A stretch of 64,000 nt of DNA from the human T2T-CHM13v2.0 reference genome, Homo sapiens: NCBI GenBank assembly GCA_009914755.4, contig CP068257.2, positions 6,208,001 to 6,272,000 of the forward strand. Direction: 5' to 3'. Made by a program: the position numbers and the translations under genes. This document shows, one piece after another, positions 51,401 through 64,000 of the stretch (positions are counted from its first letter, which is position 1; every line of letters begins with the position of its first letter). The notes below the pieces were generated by a model, which worked only from the letters and a program-made list of their open reading frames with translations, was not told the DNA's origin and did no database searches.

Positions 51401-54018
51401 GGTGAAGTAACTCATCTAAATTGTGCCTACAGGAGCTTTGTGACATATCTCTGCACTGATCACCCAGGTGATGCAACTCTTCCCTATGCTCTGCCTACAG
51501 GAGGCATTTTGAAATATCTCTGCACTGATCACCCAGGTGATGTAACTCTTTTCTAGTCTCTACCTACAGAGGGTGTTCTGACATCACTCTGCAGAGATCA
51601 CCCGGGATATCTAACTCTTGTCTAGGCTCTGCCTATGGGGGCATTGTGACTTAGCTCTGCACTGATCACCCAGGAGACGTGTCTCTTGTCTAAGCTCTGC
51701 CTAGAGGGACATTGGGACATATCACTGCACTGATCACTGAGATGATGTAACTCATGTATAGGCTTCGCCTACAGGAGGCATTGAGACATATCTCTGCACT
51801 GATCACCGAGGTGATGCAACTCTTCTCTGGGATCTGCTTACAGGGGGCATTGTGACATATATCTGCCCTGATAACCCAGGTGAGGTAACTCTTGTCTAGG
51901 CTCTTCCTACTGGAGACATTGTGACATATGTCCGCACTGATCACCCAGGTGATGTCACTTTTGTCAAGGATATGGTTATAGGGATATTGTGACATGTCAC
52001 TGCACTGATCACACAGCTGATGTAACCCTTGTGTAGGCTCTGGATACAGGGGGTTGTGACACATCACTGCACTGATCACCCAGGTGATGTAACCCTTGTC
52101 TAGGCTCTGTCAAAAGGGGGCATTGTGACACAAGTCTGCACTGATCATCCAGGTGATGGGAGTCTTGTCTAGGCTCTGCCTACAGGGGCATTGTGACATA
52201 TCTCTGCAGTGATCACGCAGGTGATGTGACTCTTGTCTATATCTGCCTACTGGCGTCATTGTGGCATATTTCTGCACTGATCACCCAGGTGATGGACTCT
52301 TGTCTTGGATCTGCCTATAGGGGCATAGTGACATATCTCTACACTGATCACTCATGTGACGTAAGGCTTGTCTAAGCTGCACCTAAAGGGGAATTGTGAC
52401 AGATATTTCCACTGATCACCCAGGTGATGTAACAATTTTCTGGGATTTGTCTACAGGGGGCTTTGTGACATATCTTTGCACTGATCACCCAGGAGATGTA
52501 ATTCTACTCTAGGCTCGGCATACAGGGGCTTTGTGACATATTTCTGCACTGATCACCGAGTTGATGTAACTCTTGTCTAGTCTCCGCCTACAGGCGGTAT
52601 TGTGACGTATCTCTGCACTGGTCACCCAGGTGATGTAACATTTATCTAGGCTCTGCCTACTGCGGCGTTGTGACATAGCTCTGCACAGATCACCTAGGTT
52701 ATGTAACTCTTGTCCTCTCTCTGCCTACAGGGGGCATTGTGAAATATCTCTGCACTGATCACCCAGGTGATGGGACTCTTCTCTATACTCTGCCTAGAGG
52801 GGGATTTGTGACATATCTCTACACTGATCACCCATGTGATGGAAGCCTTGTCTAGGCTCTGTTTATGGGGGCATTGTGTCAAATGTCGGCACTGATCACC
52901 GAGGTGTTGTAACTCTTTTCTAAGCTCTGTCTACCGGGATTTTTGTGACATATCACTGCACTGATCACCTAGGTGATGTAAGCCTTGTGTGGGCTTTGCC
53001 TACAGAACGATTTGTGACATATCTATGCAATGATCTCTGAGGTGATGCAACTCTTGTCTAGGCACTGCCTACAAGGGACATTGGTACATATCTCTGCACT
53101 GATTACCCAGATGATGGACCCTTGTCTTAGATCTGCCTACATGGACATTGTGACACATCTCTGAACTGATCAATGAAGTGATGAAACTCTTGTCTAGGCT
53201 CTGCCTACAGGGGCTTTGTGACACATCTCTGCACTGATCACCCTGGGGAGGGAACTCTTGTCTACGCTCTGCCTACAGGAGGCTTTATGACTTATACCTG
53301 CACTGATAACCTAGCTGATATAACACTAGTCTAGGCTCTGCCTACACGGGAATTCTCACATATCTCTGCACTGATCACCCGGGTAATGTAACTCCTGCCT
53401 AGGTTCAGACTACAGGAGCGTTTTGACATATCTCTGCACTGATCACCCAGGTGATGTAACACTTGTCTAAGCTCTGCCTACAGGGGCATTGTGACAGATC
53501 TCTCCACTGCTCACCCAGGTGATGTAACAATTGTCTGGGCTTTGCCTGCCGGGGGATTTGTGATATACATTTCCACTGGTCAAACAGGTGATGTAACCCT
53601 TGTCAAGGTTCTGCTTACAGGGGCTTTGTGACATATCTCTGCACTGATCACCCCAGGGAGGAAACAATTGTCTACACTCTGCCTACAGGAGGCTTTACGA
53701 CTTATCCCTGCACTGATCACTAGGTGATGTAACACTTGTCTAGCCTCTGTATACACGGGAATTTTCACATATCTCTACACTGATCACCTAAGTGATGTAA
53801 CCCTTGTCTAGGTTCAGCCTACTGGGGATTTCTGACATACCTATGCACTGATCACCGAGGTGATGTAAATCATTTCCAGGCTTTTTGTAGAGGGGACATT
53901 GTGATATATCTCTGCACTGATCACCCAAATGATGCAAATCTTCTCTAGGCTCTGCAGGGAGGGGGCATTGTGACATATTTCTGAACTGATCATCCAGGAG
54001 ATGTAACTATTCTCCAGG
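48442..54018 (-). repeat. Beta-satellite array (~5.6 kb), inverted orientation
   Basis: 68-bp monomers. The higher-order-repeat marker (...HILDKSDITWVISADICHNVSSRKSLDKSY... in ORF 51690-52079, minus) matches the motif at 12085-12540 and at 1-280, 1740-2040 and 23165-23400. Confidence 0.9.
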
Positions 54019-56785
<2,767 letters not shown>

Positions 56786-59700
56786 GACACATCTCTGAAC
56801 TGATCAACAAAGTGATGTAACTCTTTTCTAGGCTCTGCCTAAAGGGGCTTTGTGACATAGCTGTGCACTGATCACTCAGGTGATGGGACTTTTGTCTAGG
56901 CTCTGCCTATGGGGGCATTGTGACATATCTCTAGACTGATCACCCAGGTGATGTAACCCTTGTGTTGGATCTGTTTATGGGGGCATTGTGACATATTTCT
57001 GCACTGATCACCCAGGTGATGGGTCTCTTATCTAGGTTCTGTGTATGGGTCCTTGTGACATAACTCTGCACTGATCACCCAGGTGATGTAACGCTTGACT
57101 AGGCTCTGCCTACGGGGCATAGTGACATATCACTGCATTGATTACTGAGGTGATGTAACTCTTGTCCAGGCTCTGCCTATAAGGGGCCTTGTGACATATC
57201 TCTGCACTGATCACCTAGGTGACGTAACACTTGCTTACACTCTGCCTGCAGGGGCATTGTGAAATATCTCTGCACTGATCACCCAGGTGATGGGACTCTT
57301 CTCTAGGCTCTGCCTACTGGGGGCATTGTCACATATTTCCGCACTGATCACCCAGGTGACGGACCCTTGTCTTGGATTTGCCTATGGGGGCATTGTGACA
57401 TATCTCTGCACTGATCACCCAAGTGATGTAACTCGGGACTAAGCTCTGCCTACAGGGGCATTTTGACAAATCTCTGCACTGTTAACCGAGGTGATGTAAC
57501 TCTTGTCTAGGCTGTGCCCACAGGGGTATTGAGACATGTCTCAGCACTGATCCCGAGGTGATCCAACTCTTGCCTGGTCTCTGCCTACTGGGGACATTGT
57601 GACATATCTCTGCACTGATCTCCCAGGTGCTGTAACTTTAGTCTAGGCTCTGTCTACACGGCATTGTGACATATCACTCCACTGATCACCCAGTTGATAT
57701 ACCTCTTGCCCAGGCTCTGCCTACTGGGGCCTTGTGACATATCTCTGCCCTGATCATCTAGGTGATGTAACTCTTGCTTACGCTCTGCCTGTTCGGGCAT
57801 TGTGAAATATCTCTGCATTGATCACCCAGGTGATGGGACTCTTCCCCAGGCTCTGCCTACTGGGGGATTGTCGCATATTTCTGCACTGATCACCCAGATG
57901 ACGGACTCTTGTCTTGGATTTACCTATGAGGGCATTGTGACAGATCTCTGCACTAGTCACTCAGGTGATGTAACTTTTGATTATGCTCTGCCTACAGGGG
58001 CTTTGTGACATATCTCTGCACTGATCACCCAGGTGATGTAACTGTTGTCTAGGCTCCACCTACAGGGGGTATTGTGACATATCTCTGCACTGATCACCAA
58101 GGTGATATAACTCTTCTCTAGGATCTGCCTACAGGGTGCTTTGTGACATATCCCTTCAATGATCACCCAGGTGACATACCAGTTGTCAAGGCTCAGCCTA
58201 CAGAGGCATTGCGATGTATCTCTGCAACAACCACCTAGGTAATGTAACTCTTGTCTGGGCTTTCCCTACAGTGGCATTGTGACATATCTCTGCACTGATC
58301 ACCCAGGTGATGTAACTCTTTTCTAGGATCTGCCTACAGGGTGCTTTGTGACATATCCCTGCAATGATCACCCAGGTGATGTACCAGTTGTCAAGGCTCT
58401 GCCTACAATGACATTGCGATGTATCTCTGAACTGATCACCTAGGTCATGTAACCCTTTTCTTGGCTCTGCCTAGAGTGGCATTGTGACATATCTATGCAC
58501 TGATCATCCAAGTGATGTAACATTTGTCTATGATCTGCCTAAAGGGTCTTTGTGACATAACTCTGCACTGATCATCCAGGTGATGGGGCTTTTGTCTAGG
58601 CTGTGCCTAAGGGGGAATTGTGACATGTTTTTGCACTGACCACCCAGGTGACGGACTCTTTTCTTGGATCTGCCTATGGGGGCATTGTGACATATCTCTG
58701 CATTGATCACCCGGGTGATGTAACTGTTGTATAAACTCTGCTGACAGGGGAATTGTGAGACATCTCGCCACTGATCACCCAACTGATGTATCTATTGTCT
58801 AGGCTTTGCCTACAGGGGGCTTTGAGACATACATTTTCACTGATCACCCAGGTGATGTAACTCATCTAAGTTCTGCCTACAGGAGCTTTGCGACATATTT
58901 CTGCACTGATGACTTAGGGGATGTAACACTATTATAAGCACTGCCTCCAGGGAATTTTGACAAATCTCTGCACTGATCACCTAGGTGATGAAACTCTTGT
59001 CTACACTCTGCCCAAATGGGGAATTGTGAAATATCTCTGCACGGATCACCCAGGTGATTCAACTCTTGTCTACGATCTGCCTACAGGGGGTATTGTGAAA
59101 TATCAATGCACTGATCAGCTAGGTGATGTAACACTTGTCAACCTCTGTCTACAGGGGAGTTTACACATATCCCTGAACTGATGACACAGGTGATGTAACT
59201 CGTGCCTAGGCTTTGCCTACAGGGGACACTGTGACATATCTCTGCACTGATCCCCCAGGTGATGCAACTATTCTCTATGATCTGCCTACAGGGGAAATTG
59301 TGACATAACTCTGCACTTATCACCCAGGTGATGCAACGCTTCTCTATGCCCTTCCTACAGGGGGTATTGTGACATATCTCTGCACTGATCACCCAGGTGT
59401 TGTAACCCTTTTCTAGTCTCTGCCTATGGCGGGCGTTGTGAATCACTCTGCACGGATCACCCGGGTTATGTAACTCTTGTCTAGGCTCTGCCTATAGGCG
59501 CTTTGTGACTTATCACTGCACTGATCACCCAGGAGATGTGACTCTTGTCTAAGCTCTGCCCAGAGGGACATTGGGACATATCTCTGCACTGATCGCTGTG
59601 GTGATTTAAAACTTGTCTAGGCTTTGCCTACAGTGGGATTTATGACATATCTCTGCGCTGATCACCCAGGTGATGTAACTCTTGTCTAGGCTGTGCTTAC

Positions 59701-60848
59701 AGGGGGTATTGTGAGATATCTCTGCACTGATCACCCAGGCGATGTAACTCTTTTCTAGGCTCTGTGTACAGGGATTTTTGTGACATACCACTGCACTGAT
59801 CACTTGGTGATGTAAGCCTTGTATGGGCTTTGCGTACAGAAGGCTTTGTGACATATCTATGCACTGATCTCTAAGGTGATGCAACTCTTGTCTAGGCATT
59901 GCCTACAGGGGACATTGGTACATATCTCTGCACTGATCACCCAGGTGATTGACTCTTGTCTTAGATCTGCCTACATGGAAGTTGTGACACATCTCTGAAC
60001 TGATCAACCAAGTGATGAAACTCTTGTCTAGGCTCTGCCTACCGGGGCTTTGTGACACATCTCTGCACTGATCTCCCTTGGGAGGAAACTCTTATCTACG
60101 CTCTGCCCACAGGAGGCCTTATGACTTATACCTGCACTGATAACGTAGGTGATGTAACAGTTGTCTAGACTCTGCCTAAACGGGAATTCTCTCATATCTC
60201 TTCACTGATCACCTGGGTGATGTAACTCCTGTCTAGGTTCAGCCTACAGGAGCATTTTGACATATCTCTACACTGATCACCCAGGTGATGTAACCCTTGT
60301 CTAAGCTATGCCTACAGGGCTATTGTGAAACGTCTCTCCACTGTTCACCCAGGTGATGTAATAATTGTCTGGGCTTTGCCTACAGGGGGCTTTGTGATAT
60401 ACATTTCCACTGATCAAACAGGTGATGTAACCCTTGTCAAGGTTCTGCTTACAGGGGCTTTGTGACATTACTCTGCACCGATCACCCCAGGGAGGAAACA
60501 GTTTTCTAAACCCTGCCTATAGAAGGATTTATGACTTATCCCTGCACTGATCACTAGGTGATGTAACACTTGTCTAGGGTCTGTCTACACGGGAATTTTC
60601 ACATATCTCTACACTGATCATCTAAGTGATGTAACCCTTGTCTAGGTTCAGGCTGCTGGGGATTTCTGACATACCTATGCACTGATCACCGAGGTGATGT
60701 AAATCATTTCCAGGTTTATTGTACAGCGGACATTGTGATATATCTCTCCACTGATCACCCAAATGATGCAAATCTCTAGGCTCCGCAGGGAGGAGCATTG
60801 TGACATATTTCTGAACTGATCGTCCAGGAGATATAACTATTCTCCAGG
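56786..60848 (-). repeat. Beta-satellite array (~4.1 kb), inverted orientation
   Basis: 68-bp monomers. Confidence 0.9.
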
Positions 60849-63626
<2,778 letters not shown>

Positions 63627-64000
63627 TGACACATCTCTGAACTGATCAACAAAGTGATGTAACTCTTGTCTAGGTTCTACCTACAAGGGCTTTGTGACAT
63701 ATCACTGCACTGATCACCCAGGTCATTCAACTCTTGTCTAGGATCTGCCTACAGGGGGTATTGTGAAATATCTCTGCACTGATCAACTAGGTGATGTTAC
63801 CCTTGCTAGGCTCTGCCTACAGGGGCGTTTTCACATACCCCTGAACTGATGACAAAGGTGATGTAACTCATGCCTAGACTTTGCCTACAGGGCACATTGT
63901 GACATATCTCTGCACTGATCACTCAGGTGATGTAACTATTGTCTAGGCTCTGCTTAAAAGGGCCTTGTCACATATCTCTGCACTGATCATCCAGGAGATG
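63627..64000 (-). repeat. Beta-satellite array, inverted orientation
   Basis: 68-bp monomers, CTCTGAACTGATCAACAAAGTGATGTAACTCTTGTCTAGG.... Confidence 0.9.

Overview
The window is human (great-ape) heterochromatic satellite DNA. It is not a prokaryotic locus and I find no undescribed defence or metabolic system in it. About 70% of the sequence is beta-satellite, a ~68-bp Sau3A monomer family (GATCAGTGCAGAGATATGTCACAATGCCCCTGTAGGCAGAGCCTAGACAAGAGTTACATCACCTGGGT-like). It is partly organised into ~2.3-kb higher-order repeats. Nine GC-rich D4Z4-like fragments of ~2.8 kb (3.3-kb repeat family) are embedded in the beta-satellite. Each carries a DUX4-like double-homeobox ORF that is a pseudogene, with a lost start codon, a premature stop or frameshifts (DUX4L family; the exact paralog is not determinable from sequence). 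Each fragment ends in a pLAM/exon-3-like tail that runs straight into beta-satellite, so every unit resembles the distal end of a 4qA-type D4Z4 array, but none has the ATTAAA poly(A) signal. Units A-F (5.4-42.8 kb) lie on the + strand and units G-I (45.7-63.6 kb) on the - strand. The orientation of the whole composite array, beta-satellite included, flips at about 43220, giving a head-to-head inverted arrangement. A second rearrangement lies upstream: a DUX4L copy broken inside homeobox 2 at 6656 is fused to about 5.7 kb of inverted beta-satellite, which joins a 5'-truncated D4Z4-like unit at 12355. One young AluY, 5'-truncated and flanked by a 13-bp target-site duplication, is inserted in beta-satellite at 43742-43998. 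The architecture is typical of acrocentric short-arm or pericentromeric D4Z4/beta-satellite mixed arrays; the exact chromosome cannot be assigned from sequence alone. The many six-frame ORFs in the track are artefacts of satellite periodicity or of the 70%-GC D4Z4 sequence. All coordinates are approximate to about ±10 bp at satellite/D4Z4 boundaries.
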